DNA of 56,388 nucleotides, filler included, from Circinaria calcarea (Eukaryota): assembly GCA_051942165.1 (NCBI GenBank). It is 4 parts of 4 records of this genome, joined end to end, with 100 filler letters (N's around TTAATTAATTAA, not from the genome) between each part and the next. Parts side by side here need not be neighbours in the genome. Positions count along the whole stretch, not along the records: positions 28,294 to 42,299 come from JAVECS010000462.1; positions 42,400 to 56,388 come from JAVECS010000463.1; 2 more parts are not named here. One strand, given 5' to 3'. The notes below the pieces were generated by a model that ran no database searches, was not told where the DNA came from, and was given only the letters and a program-made list of their open reading frames with translations. Position numbers and translations under genes: made by a program. Position 1 is the first letter of the stretch. Each line of letters opens with the position of its first letter. Shown in pieces: positions 37,230 to 49,088 of this stretch.

Positions 37230-38037
37230 ATGAAGGTCACCACAGTTCTCATCGCCCTCGTCGGAGCGACTTCCGTAGTACAGGCAGGTGGTGTTGGCAA
37301 GGCCATCAAAGGCATCTTTTCACGTGATCCAGAGTTCGCCAGAGCGGTACTTGGTTAGACCCCCCCTACACCTATAACTAGTGACGACCAGCTAAACCAA
37401 TCTCTCAGAGGCACGAGACAGGACTATTAAAGAATGGCAGCAGGCTGTCGCGAACCCATCAACCATTTCCCCAGAGATGATGAGTGCTCTCAAAGCTCAG
37501 GGATTCAAGCCACCACCCGGAACCAAGACAAAGCGAGGACCTTCCCCTGCTAAGGGAAACTCCATCCCGAAAAAAGAGGCCCTCGCCCATGTTTCAAAAG
37601 GAAATCAGATTCCACAGCCGGTGCTCCAATCGATGGCCTCAAAAGGGTGGAGCGGTCCCAAACTTGGGAGCAAATCGAAGCGCGACGTTGACGAAATCTA
37701 CGCCCGTGAAGCTGAGGCCATCGCTGAGGAGATCAGCAACTTTGCCCGCGACCTTGAATCCGCCATTTTTGCCCGCGACGCTGAGGCCGACTTCGAGGAA
37801 CGTGACTTCGAGGAGCGCGACTTTGAGGAGCGCGACCTGTACGAGCGCGACCTCTTCGAGCGTGACGCCTACCCCGAGGCGTACTTTGAGGAGCGTGATC
37901 TCTTCGAGCGTGACGCTTACCCAGAGGCTTACTTCGAGGAGCGTGACGCCCTTCCCGAGTCTTACTTCTACGAACGTGACGCCATCCCAGAGCCGTACTT
38001 CTTCGAGCGCGACGCAGAGGCTGTGGAGTCTTATTAA
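37230..38037 (+). CDS. Secreted Kex2/Ste13-type polypeptide precursor (250 aa) with basic peptides and acidic ERD repeats
   Basis: Exons 37230-37353 and 37409-38037. Signal peptide MKVTTVLIALVGATSVVQA, two KR sites and many xR-D/E junctions. Strong C/G-ending codon bias. Confidence 0.85.
37790..38020 (+). repeat. Coding tandem repeats DFEER/DLYER/DLFER (15 nt) and DAYPEAYFEER-type (33 nt)
   Basis: The repeated gagcg(c/t)gac core is visible in the DNA and the translation. Confidence 0.9.
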
Positions 38038-39535
38038 ATCAAAGGCGTCGACTCTTTTAATCGGCCAAGACAACGATAAGTCACGTGCACACTCCTCATC
38101 TTGGAGAGCGACTCGGATTCTCTGGATATGGCGGTTGGCTTGGCAGGGTACACGCGGGTCTCTCTTTTGTTACTAGTGATACGGTGAACAGTGATTTCCT
38201 TTGTCAGGGTTCTGGGGATTTGAATCATAGGAAGCGTCTGGGGTTCAAAGCTGGCAGTCTCGATGTAGAATAGCGTTGCATTGTCCAATGAAATGTTATT
38301 TTCCCGCAAAACTCACGTTGCCACTGCAGCCAATTGTCTATCTCACCGGCGTGTTCCACAACGACCATGCAAAGATTGATCGAGACAACAGGACCAGAGC
38401 AGCTGGCTCTTTCCTTTGGATGCTTCTGCCTACACGAGCCTATCATACCGACCAATGGCAAATGTACAGCTCTCAAGGACGTTTTCTTCATCTGTACAGC
38501 TCCACTCCCGTTTCGTAGCCGAGAGAACAAGATGTAAATCAAAAGCTCCTCCCTTTTCAGTCCAATAAACCACGGATTAGATCCGAGTTGGTCTTCATGT
38601 TCATGATGGCGCTGACGATCGCGTTAGTTCTCTCTCGGGGAATATTCGCGTTTAATAAGGTACTGCTGGTCGTATCTACACTAGGGAACGTGGACTACAT
38701 AGCCTAAATGACACCGTGGCTGGAGTATACGTGAGCATACATGTGTAGCGTGTACTCGATATCGGAGACATGCCATGTAGTCTCGAGTTAGTGTTCTTGT
38801 CAAGGAGGGAGTACGCAATCTTCTACGTTTTGAACAAAACCAACCATAACCATAGCACGTTCTGGAAGAGTGTCCTCGATCAAAACCAGCCATGCCATCT
38901 CAACAGTTCATAGTACGGTAGCATTGACCACTTAGGCCATTCGACCAGTCTTGAAAATCTGGCAATCATCCATCTCGTCTGTCTCCATACTTCGCACTGT
39001 CAATAGGTTTGCAATCTGTGAGAACCTCAACCAGTTCTTACCGGTGCAGTAAGATTGGGATCACTTCTCCTCAAGTGTGATTTCTTTCGCTGGGAGTGCA
39101 GAACTTAATCTGCACATCCGTGCTAATAAGGCGGGTGCCATGGGATAGCAGAGACCCTGAAAAAGAGCATTCCATAAGCTTCATGCTCCGCAGTATTGAC
39201 AGGTTCCATCGAGCTAGGGATCAGTTTTATTCATGGTCCTTGTTTGCCACTGGACCGGACGAGTTCCTCTGCCTAAGCTAAAATTCACGTTGTATTGAAT
39301 ATACTTTGGGAGATAGAGTCTGTATACAGGTTGTGGTTCTCGAGATGCTCATAAGAATTAGCTCCTGATGTGAGATTCTTGAATGGAAAGCTTGCAGATG
39401 CGGTTCGCTTGCTGAGAAGACATCTTAGCAGTCGCATACCCTTTGATCTATTCTATGACTGATGCTTGGGCCAGCTCCTTCATCTATTCCTATCAAGTGT
39501 TGATTTAACTCTGAGTCTTGACGTTCGTCGTGATC

Positions 39536-40229
39536 TTACATCAACCATTCTTGGAGGATTGCATCCGGCACGCCCCGCACAAGTACGTGGAAGTGTTCAA
39601 GACCTCTGACGCTTTGCAGACCGGTCCAATTTCGAAACCACATAACGCGAGTGTTGGAATCATTATCGTTTGCTAGTTTGTCAACAAATTCTTTTTGTAC
39701 AAACTCTTGAATCCTCTGCCTTGCATTTTCCGCTAGGTCGCCTTCGGGCCCATTAGTTGGCAATCTATGCTTCAACCATACCACCAAATGTGTAATATCT
39801 GTGGCCAAGCCGTAGGGCCAGTCATTGCGGAGGATCTTATAGTCATCGGGGTTGGATAATGGTGCAGTACTTGCACAACGAAATGTAGGGCCCATTGATT
39901 CAGTTGAAACTGATAAAGGATGCCAGTGCAGACGCTCCTGGCAGATGAAGTTGGTGATTGAGCCATAGGCTGTTTTGATTTCATTGGTCCATCTCATATA
40001 GCGTCGAAGGTCTGAAGGTCTCCGTTTCAGAACCGACAGGTTGTTGTCTTCTAATAGCGCAGTTTGGTCAATTGATCTCAGGACCGACTCAACACGACTA
40101 ACGGATTATCTGCCTCAGCTCCATCCATGTGTGAGCTTGGAATTCTTCGTCTGAAAGCGCCAAGACCTTACGATCGGTAACGGTGAGATCAAAAGGAGGT
40201 TGCCCGGCTGTATCATGATGGTGGTCCAT
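39536..40229 (-). CDS. DUF3605 family protein (GIG1/YPL067C-like)
   Basis: Two exons. DEEFQAHTWMELRQII / NNLSVLKRRPSDLRRY, YKILRNDWPYG, HLVVWLK, WFRNWTGLQSVRGLEHFHVLVR. Confidence 0.85.
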
Positions 40230-40565
40230 GTCGAAAACGGCAGAACGGATAACAGATTACGGGGGCCAAGGACCGCTGAATAATAATATCATTGGTTGCT
40301 TGTTACCTTCGAGGTTTGTACCATCTCAAACTCCTCCGTAAGCCTAGTGTAGCGTCACGCGGAAAGGGTATAGGGCTGAAAGTTAATCCAAAGGTTATCC
40401 ATCGATATCGGCCCCGACCACCTCCGAAATGTTGAGGGTAGCGATAGCTTTTCTTCTTCTATTGGGAGCTTTCCCCTCGATCCTACAAGATCAATACGAC
40501 GAGTACATATCTCGTCCATGACTTGGTAAATCCCTTTCAACAAGCAGAAGTTCAAGCCGACAGCA

Positions 40566-41699
40566 ATGGCTACAGCTCATCAAGTCAAGCCCCGATCCTT
40601 CCTCTCCCCACAATACATCCACGGCGTTTACATTCCCTCGGGACTCCTAATAGTTGGCGTTGCGATATGCAAGTTTGAGTGGCTTCCTTACGCAATAGCT
40701 TTAGCATTGGCTCTCGGTTCCTATAAGATACATCAAAACCGTTTGTCTCCGCCGCCTAATTCTCCACTACAAAATAACTTGGCCATAGCATATCAAAGCT
40801 GACATAATACTCGAACGCAGAAGTGAAAAAGGCCCTCAACCCAAACGTATTCCAAGAGTTCGAGCTGAAAGAAAAAACGGTCCTCTCACATAATGTGGCA
40901 ATGTGGGTGACGATATCCCCGGCAGCATCTTATTTCATTAAACCTTGACCAGCTACCGATTCAACCTACCTTCTGCCAACAGCATCCTAGGCCTACCGAT
41001 TGGGCAGCACATCTCGGTCGCGGCAACAATCAAAGGTCAACCAAAAGAGGTCGTTCGCTCCTATACGCCAATCTCGTCCGACGAAGACCACGGCTTCTTT
41101 GATCTTCTCATCAAGTCTTACCCAACTGGAAATATATCCAAGCATATGGCATCCATGAAGGTCGGCCAGACCCTGAAAGTAAAGGGCCCCAAGGGAGCAA
41201 TGGTATACTCACCTAACTTGGTACGGCATTTTGGCATGATCGCTGGAGGTACGGGCATTACACCAATGCTGCAGATTATCCGAGCAATCATCAGGGGGCG
41301 CCCTAGGAACGGGGGGAAAGACACCACTGAAGTTGACCTGATTTTTGCAAACGTGAGTGAAGAGGATATCCTTTTGAAAGAGGACCTGGATACCTTAGTG
41401 AAGGAGGATGAGGGCTTCCGTGTACACTATGTGCTTAACAATCCTCCGGAAAAGTGGAATGGTGGAGTTGGGTTTGTTACACCAGATATAATTAAGGTGG
41501 ATCGAAATCGAAGTATAAGTGAGGAGGACCTCTACTGACATTCGCATAGGCCAAGCTGCCTGCACCGGCCAAAGATATTAAAATCTTGATTTGCGGTCCT
41601 CCGCCAATGGTGAGTGCAATGAAGAAGGCTACTGAATCACTGGGCTACGAAAAGCCAAGGCCAGTTAGCAAGTTAGATGATCAGGTCTTCTGTTTCTAG
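40566..41699 (+). CDS. CBR1: NADH-cytochrome b5 reductase
   Basis: Four exons. [37 protein letters not shown], ending DQVFCF*. Confidence 0.95.
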
Positions 41700-42107
41700 A
41701 GCTGGTTTGGCAACTATAGTAGTGTCCAAAAGTCATTTACCTATGTAGTCAGGGGAGCTTGGACATACCACATACCTCAACATGTATATGCACATTGTGG
41801 TGCACTCTCTTCTGTAAACCTCCAGGTCCGGGGACGCTATCCCGCTCCAGAAATCTTCGTAGGATTCACAGATCTAAATTCTCGGAGCTTCCCATAATAG
41901 AGATGGGGTAGTACCGTGGCTCATTTACGGTGAACAGCCACGATGAACCGCTGCATTTCTCCCGTTGCATCGTTGTGTGCCGACAGCCGTCTGGTCTGGT
42001 CACGGTCGGCTGTTTAAGTCTTCAACGCATGTCCAAGCGGTAATTCGCTTCTTCGGGCACACCTTTGATGAAGACCTCGGATATCCTATTTACTTGAAAT
42101 CCATGGT

Positions 42108-42299
42108 TCATCGATAATGTACCTTCTGCCCTCCCTTCTTCTCTAATTTCTTCTGCCTGTTGCTCATACTATCGCCGTTGGCGGAATTGCCGGCTTCACT
42201 CTGTCCCGCCAGCCCTGCCATACCTTGCCTCATGCCACTCAAAGTGCTGTAGGCTAACCACGCTGAGTACATTGGGATAGCTATCGACATCCACCAAGC
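42108..42299 (-). CDS. SND2: DUF788 / SND2 / TMEM208 protein, C-terminal part only
   Basis: WWMSIAIPMYSAWLAY..GM..SNRQKKLEKKGGQKVHYR*. The 5' part is lost at the linker. Confidence 0.75.
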   Translation of the reverse strand, partial: AWWMSIAIPMYSAWLAYSTLSGMRQGMAGLAGQSEAGNSANGDSMSNRQKKLEKKGGQKVHYR

Positions 42300-42399
42300 N
42301 NNNNNNNNNNNNNNNNNNNNNNNNNNNNNNNNNNNNNNNNNNNTTAATTAATTAANNNNNNNNNNNNNNNNNNNNNNNNNNNNNNNNNNNNNNNNNNNN
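42300..42399. other. Artificial contig-joining linker
   Basis: Identical N44-TTAATTAATTAA-N44. Confidence 0.97.
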
Positions 42400-42550
42400 T
42401 CATCTAGTTACTCATTCAGCGAGGACAGCCGAGTTGTCTTTAGTAGCCTTGACGACTTAAAATCTGCGATGGTGTGAAATAGGTGGCATGGGGACATTTA
42501 GAAAAGCTCAAGTTGACTTCATTACAAAGTGAAAGCTGAACTAAGGAGTG

Positions 42551-44188
42551 ATGGTCGATATACCACCGTCAAGTGATCATCACGAGCGATTTATTGACTG
42601 GGCCAAAAAGCAAGGTGTCTCAATTGATGGTGTATGGCCTGCTGGAATCGCCGGTCGAGGCATTGGCATCATTGCACAACGGAAAATTAAAGTATTCTGC
42701 CTTCTTCCCTGGTATTACCGACGCCAGCTGATACAACTACTAGGCTGGCGAACTGCTCGTGACAGTTCCCACCAGTGCATTATTTACGATAAAGTCCATA
42801 CCTCCAGACTTTCGAGACAAGCATGCGCCAATCTCTGTTCACGGCATGTTGGCATCCTTTCTCACACTCGGTAAAGCCGAGGACACCGGTAAGTACACAG
42901 AGTGGTGTAACACCTGGCCCTCTCTCGCCGATTTCAAGCAATCAATGCCAATCCTATGGCCAAAAAATCTACCGCCTTTGCAGAAACAACCGAAGTCCTC
43001 GCTCCCCGTATTCCGCAGCTTTATTCCCCTACCACCAGCCGTCAGCGGTGAATGGAAATTCTCGAATTGCGGTCGAAGCAAGAGTCGTTATGGAAACAGC
43101 AAAGGCTTGTTGCAGAAGCAACAGGAGAGGCTGACGAGAGACTGGAATGTTGTATCCAGAGTATATCCTAATGCGAGGTACGAGAAATATACCTACAACT
43201 GGCTCATCGTCAATACGAGGAGTTTCTACTATGATCTACTGGAGTTGAAAAGGGTGGTACCCCGAGAAGATTGCATGGTACTTTGCCCACTTGTGGACTA
43301 CTTCAACCATGCAGATCATGGAGTAGGTACTTCGAAATTGGGCAAAAGCCTGTTTGCTGATTTCTTAGTGCGAGGTCACGTTTAACGAGAACGGGTTTAC
43401 AGTTACCAGTGATAGAGACTATGGTTAGTTGACAGCTAAAACATAACAATGATACTCAATGTGGCCTTGCTCATTACCATTAGCCGTTGGTGAGGAGTTA
43501 TATGTATCGTATGGGAGTCATAACAATGACTTCCTCCTAACCGAATGTAGGGCAAAGGCCGTCGTGGGATATGCAATTGTGCTGACCGGGTCAATTCAGA
43601 TGGATTCATTCTCTCGCAGAACAAATGGGATTCGCTATGCGTGGATGACGTACTGCTTAGCAAGTTGCATCACAGTACGCTCAAACGTCTGGAAAATGCC
43701 GGATATCTGGGGTACGTGGATGAGAAGTCTTGTTTCGTTGGCTTTGGCTAATCTTTGATAGGAACTACACGCTCAGTTGCGAGGGGCTGTGCCACCGTAC
43801 GCAGGTTGCAGTGCGGACAATGACAATTGGGAAGCGAGACTGGCAGTTATTCGTGGAGGGTCGCGAGGAGGAGATGGAAGCAGAGAGGGACGAGTTCAAG
43901 GCGGATTCGTGGGTTTGCTACAAATTATTGGATGAGTGCAAGGTGGAGGCCGAATACAGCTTGGAAATGCTGGAGGATGAGCGAATGAAGGACCCTGATT
44001 TCACAGAGGCAATGCAGGCAACGTTGATCAAGCGATGGACCCAGATCAAACGGCTGATCTTCGAGGCATTCAGAAACGGGATCAACGACGATACTAAGCA
44101 TGCATTCTTCAGCGAAAATATGTGGTTCGATGTCCAGGGATTGAGGCCCCTAGAGCAGTTAATCCATCAACCTTCAAGCTTGGATTGA
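42551..44188 (+). CDS. SET-domain protein lysine methyltransferase (RKM2/Set11-like)
   Basis: Multi-exon. GRGIGIIA, WLIVNTRSFYY, LCPLVDYFNHAD, GEELYVSYGSHNNDFLLTE, CHRTQVAVR. Confidence 0.85.
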
Positions 44189-44340
44189 GCAAGAGCTGAC
44201 GCTAGACCACGCTAGCTCACCAACGCTCCCTGTCAAGGCGCCATATTTGATTATCCCATAGGCTGCCTTTTACAACACAAGACATGTTGCGATAAAATAT
44301 ACAGTGAATTTCCCCTAAGGAATCATCCGTCATGGTGTTT

Positions 44341-45805
44341 TCAACTATGCGATTGCTCCCCTGATAAAGGAAGCAATGCCCCTTCCCTGTGCCATATCAT
44401 TTGTTGCTTTCCCCTGACCATCTTCGCCAGCATGTAATTAAGCACACATCTGATGCCCAACTCTTCACCTCTCCGGACAATATAGCCATTGATATAATCA
44501 ATCTCTGTTTGACGTCCCCGTCGGACATCTTGCAGCATGGAGCTAACGTTCGTCGATGTCTTTTTACATATAGCTGCAACCTGTCCCTCAAGTTTCTCAG
44601 GCGCAAAGCGTATTTGGACATTCGGTACCCTTTGTAGTTCAGGAAGTGATCTGACGACAAGGGATATTTCGGATAGCAAAAGGCGCATCACCCGTGTGAT
44701 GGCGAAATTGCATAAAAGCTCTCCGTTCATGCAGTCAAACATGACAGTCAAAGGATTGATGACAGCATTGACAACAAGTTTTTCTATTTGATACTGCAGG
44801 AGATCAGCAGGCAAAAACCCTACCGCTGCGAGAACGGGTGTCCTAGTAAGAGTCCGAAGAAGGTAACGGGATGATGGCGGAAGAGGCGATGCTGCTTGTT
44901 CTTGACCGGCTCCAGTTTCAAGCAACGGTAATCGAGGAGTCACGCCAATTGCGATCGTGCCGATTCCAGCATGGATTACTCTGAAGCGGCCGTCCGCGTA
45001 CAACCCGTGAGTAACCACACCGAGCATATAATTAGGGCGTGTCTCTTCGTTCGGGAATACCTTAGCATTGACCTCATCCAAGACCCCCATGCCGTTTTGT
45101 AGGAAGAGTACAGTGGAATCTCGATTTAGACGATGAGCAATAGATGAGAGAGCCACTGCCGTGTTAGGGGTCTTGACCGAGACAATGAGGTTTTGGATGA
45201 TACCATTACTTTCTCTTTCTGCGTGATGGGTCTGTTCTGGAGGTAAAGCAAGCTCTACTCCGTATCCAGTGCGTTCCTCGGCCTTCCTATTTGTGATGAG
45301 CACTAGTTTTTGCCCGCTCTTTCTCCACTGAATCAACAAACTTCGGTGGTGTAACAGTAACTTGACAGGCGGCGGATTTGGGATCCCAGCCAGAGCATGA
45401 GCCACAAATTGTCCAACGTTACCTGAGCCTAGAATGTGAACCGTACGGGGATCCGACAATCGACCCAAGGAAGTCAATATAGGCCCTCTATCCTCGTGCT
45501 CAGATGCTCTATCGTCGCCTTTCCAATCCTCCAAATATTCCACCTCATTAGAAGCACTTAATTCTCCAGCTTCCCTGGCTTCCCCGGTTTGTTTGCTCTC
45601 CAGACCTGGTCGGCCTGCGTGAAACCTTCTCAGGCTTAGCTTGTTGACCCCCCGGCCCACCAGATCGTTACCTAGTGACCATGATAGAGGCCGGTGTGGT
45701 ATCCTGGCCAGAACCCGCAATAGCGGAGTTTCGTAGACGGAGAAAGACAGGATGAGGCGCGCAGTCTGATGCCGCCGAAAAGGAGAAGTTCTTCGATCAG
45801 GGCAT
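44341..45805 (-). CDS. Ketopantoate reductase (ApbA/PanE) family protein, probably mitochondrial; start unresolved
   Basis: VHILGSGNVG, LFLQNGMG, EKLVVNAVINPLT, SSMLQDVRRGRQTEIDYINGYIV. No in-frame ATG precedes the Rossmann motif (see findings). Confidence 0.85.
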
Positions 45806-46084
45806 TACGCGAAGAGGGAAAGCCGTGAGTCAGGAATGCGGACGTATGGAATGCCGTTGGAGCTTTGGGTGTGGATGGGTATAGAAAGTCGATGTTGGGC
45901 GTGGTGAAAAGTAGCAGCTCATCAATCCATGACGCTCACCTAAACAAAAAGAAGCGGACCCTAAGCCAAGCTTTCGATTCGCTTGACGTATAGTACGGTA
46001 CTGTGTATTGTAATTTACGATCATTATATGATTTCACTGCTCGATGAACCCAACTACCTTGACTACAGCAAATACAAGTTCATC

Positions 46085-46940
46085 ATGGATGCCGTCGAAT
46101 TAAAAGTATCCATCAATCAACTGGATGATGATATTGACAGCTTGGAAGACGCACTCGGCCTTCTTTTGGGGGGAGCGCTTTCCGATGCCGCTGGAAAACT
46201 TCCACTATTGGACAGGGCAAAGTTATATGTCCTTGTGACGTATGCTATCGAATCTCTACTGTTCTGTTGGTCCCTCGCGTTTCGTTGACTTTGAAGGATG
46301 CTTATGATTACAGCGTACATAAGATTGAATGGAGTCAACGCCAAGGAACATCCGGTGTTTCGTGAGTTGACCCGAGTGAAGCAATACTTCGAAAAGATCA
46401 AAAAGGTAGAATTCGGAGGTCAGAAAAGAGAAAACCTGTCATTGAACAAGCCCACAGCAGCCCGTTTCATCAAACATGCATTGGTAGGCAGCAAAGGCTC
46501 ATTCCACCGAGGACCACGCGCGGATACTATGCTGATATGGCCTTTAGGCCGGAAACGAAAAATACAATGCGGATCGGATCAGACAACAATCTATGGAAAA
46601 GGCCAAATTTCACCTGAAATCTGATCAGACAAACAAAAAACGGAAGGCAAACGAGACAGCAAGCCTTGCATCTAGCCTAGCTGAATCATCGAGCAGTCCG
46701 GATTCAGAATTAGTGAATTCCCTTGGCGAAAACTTCGGATCCGCGTCGAAGCCAGTGCCGGAGCCTCAAAATCTTTTGGTTGAGGGAAAGAACTCTCAGT
46801 TCGGTTCCCGCATGTCAACGGAGTTGTCCGAAGTGTCCCCGGCTGCTCATCAGCCTCTCGATGAAGACCAACGACGGTCTGAGTCAAAAAGAGAAAAAAG
46901 GAGGAGGAAGAGCGGACTTTTTCAAGTAACTCAAGATTAA
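46085..46940 (+). CDS. LRP1: Exosome-associated C1D/Rrp47 protein
   Basis: Three exons. LPLLDRAKLYVLVTYAIESLLF, LNGVNAKEHPVFRELTRVKQYFEKIK, AARFIKHAL, basic C-terminal tail. Confidence 0.9.
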
Positions 46941-48207
46941 ATATAAAAAAGGTTTGTTTCATAACTAGAGCGGCATCTAGATTTCTATTGATATGATCAC
47001 AGAGGAGGTGCTGCCTGCCCAGTTGGCCATACCCTCCGAACCATGTAGTAGTACTTTTACTTCACTTCTCAGTGGTTCGCCAGCAAGGCATAAAGATGAT
47101 TCGAAAGGGCAAGGAGAACAGAGTCCTAGGCTTTATCGTTTCGTTAGGGCTTAGGTATCATATACCTATGCGGCACTCCAGAATCTGGATTTCTGAAAGT
47201 GAATAGCCTACCACCAAGAGTGTGCTTGCCTCAATGGGAGGCATCTTACTATCTATCTAAAATACGATTGGCCGTACCATGCCTACAGCGAATATACTGT
47301 GAGATTCTCTTTGCATCTGACGGATCCTTGCTATAGGGGGCAAGCAAAAGAGCAGAAGACCAACACGCAGCCCATTGAACTTAGATTTTAGGTCTGCTTA
47401 ATGAGTGGTCTACCATGCTAAGGCAGCCAAAAACCAAGTCGGACGGAAAGACCTTGCAACCGCAATGTATGAAAAAATAAGCATATAAACAATATCCACA
47501 AACTAATGTGTGATATCCATTTTATGCTCTATGATCTATAATTGAACTTGGCTACTTTGTTCTAAGTCCTTACTGAATACCTCCCTTTGTTTATCATGAC
47601 CTTGAACTAGCATGCATAACTAGTCAGCCATCGAAGGTTTCCGCAGCAATCCCAGTGCTGTACAGGCTGACTCTTGAGACGTCGTCATCCTTGTTCGGAG
47701 TTCGCTATTTTATACATAAACCGCGCACGCGGCGACCGTGTGTTCTGCTTATACAGGCATGGTCGCTCCATTCTGCACCCAGTATCATTCGACTCCTATC
47801 GTCTGACACACCTTTGCATCGATTGAGCAGAATCTAGATGACCTGTAACACGTAACGCGCTAGTAAAGGAAGTCTTCAGGATAAGAGACCTACACGGTAT
47901 CTTTCTGGTCGAATGAAGACTAAATGTTCCAAGCCGCTTTCAGAAGAACCTCGATTCATCTCAAGTGTTGTACAAAGCAGTTGATAAGGAGTCCGACTTG
48001 GTGTCCATTAACAAAAATTTCTTTGAGCGCAGAGAAGGACGTTGAGATCTCCAATCAGAGCCATTCAGACTAACGCCCTTCGAGTTAGGCCCGGTCGGCC
48101 ACAGTTTAGGGTGAAGAACTGGGAATTTGCTCGATCCCATCTCCATCTCCACTATTCTCTCTCTGCATTTCTTCCTTTCCCTAATAAAACGTCACTGAGT
48201 TCTCGTA

Positions 48208-48820
48208 ATGCCTCGACAACGTGGACGATCAGCTGCCCCAGCTCGAAGTGCCCCAAGCCGGCCGACACCTGCACCCGCTCGACCCAATGTGACGCCACCA
48301 CAGCAAGGTCCATCACGCACTGCGACCACCGCCGCCCATCCTCCGGCAACATCTCAACAACCTCACCCACCTGCTCAAGCCAGCGGTGGATCTGGACTTT
48401 TTGGGCAGATGGCTTCGACTGCGGCGTGAGTCCCAAATCCAATATCCGACGGATGCTCATACTAACTCAGAAACCAAGGGGTGTGGCAGTCGGCTCCTCC
48501 ATCGGACATGCCCTTGGTGGCTTCTTTGGCGGAGGATCTAGTTCGGCCGCGGCTGATGGCCAGCAATCCGACACTACTCTAGCCTCCCAGGCCGCCGAGG
48601 GAAACTATCAAACCAACGGCCTCAGCAGAAGCTGTGAGCCGGACGCCAAAGCTTTCACACGCTGCTTGGACGAGAACAAAGGCGAATATCAGATGAGCGT
48701 CTGCGGATGGTATCTGGAGCAACTGGTAAGTCTCCACGTGCTTCCCTATTCGGGACACTCTGGACCGGAGTCTCATAGATCCAATAGAAAGCGTGCCAAT
48801 CGGCTGCCAGCCAATACTAG
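48208..48820 (+). CDS. MIX17: Mitochondrial intermembrane-space CHCH protein (CHCHD2/10-like)
   Basis: Three exons. GLFGQMASTAA/GVAVGSSIGHALGGFF and twin-Cys CEPDAKAFTRC..CGWYLEQL/KAC. Confidence 0.92.
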
Positions 48821-49088
48821 TATGCTGTTCACTAGATTACTCCAGGCTCGGAGCAAGCGTATAGACTATCATTTGGTGGGCAGAGCGGGTAGCGTGGAGT
48901 TGTTACCGAATACATAGGAGATTCCTTAGTTCAAACTCGACTCCATACCGCTAATTTCAAGAATGTATTCGTACCACGCCCCTAGTTGACTAAGAACATG
49001 TCCCTACGTTGCTTGCCATTGACCCATTGCGCCTCGCTAATACTCAAACCTGTGTCCAAATATCTCTTGGGCGTACTGTTGTATTGGG

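Noticed and set aside
37484..38176. Overlapping 230-aa (+) and 144-aa (-) ORFs over the precursor gene
   Set aside because: Shadow frames produced by repetitive, codon-biased coding sequence.
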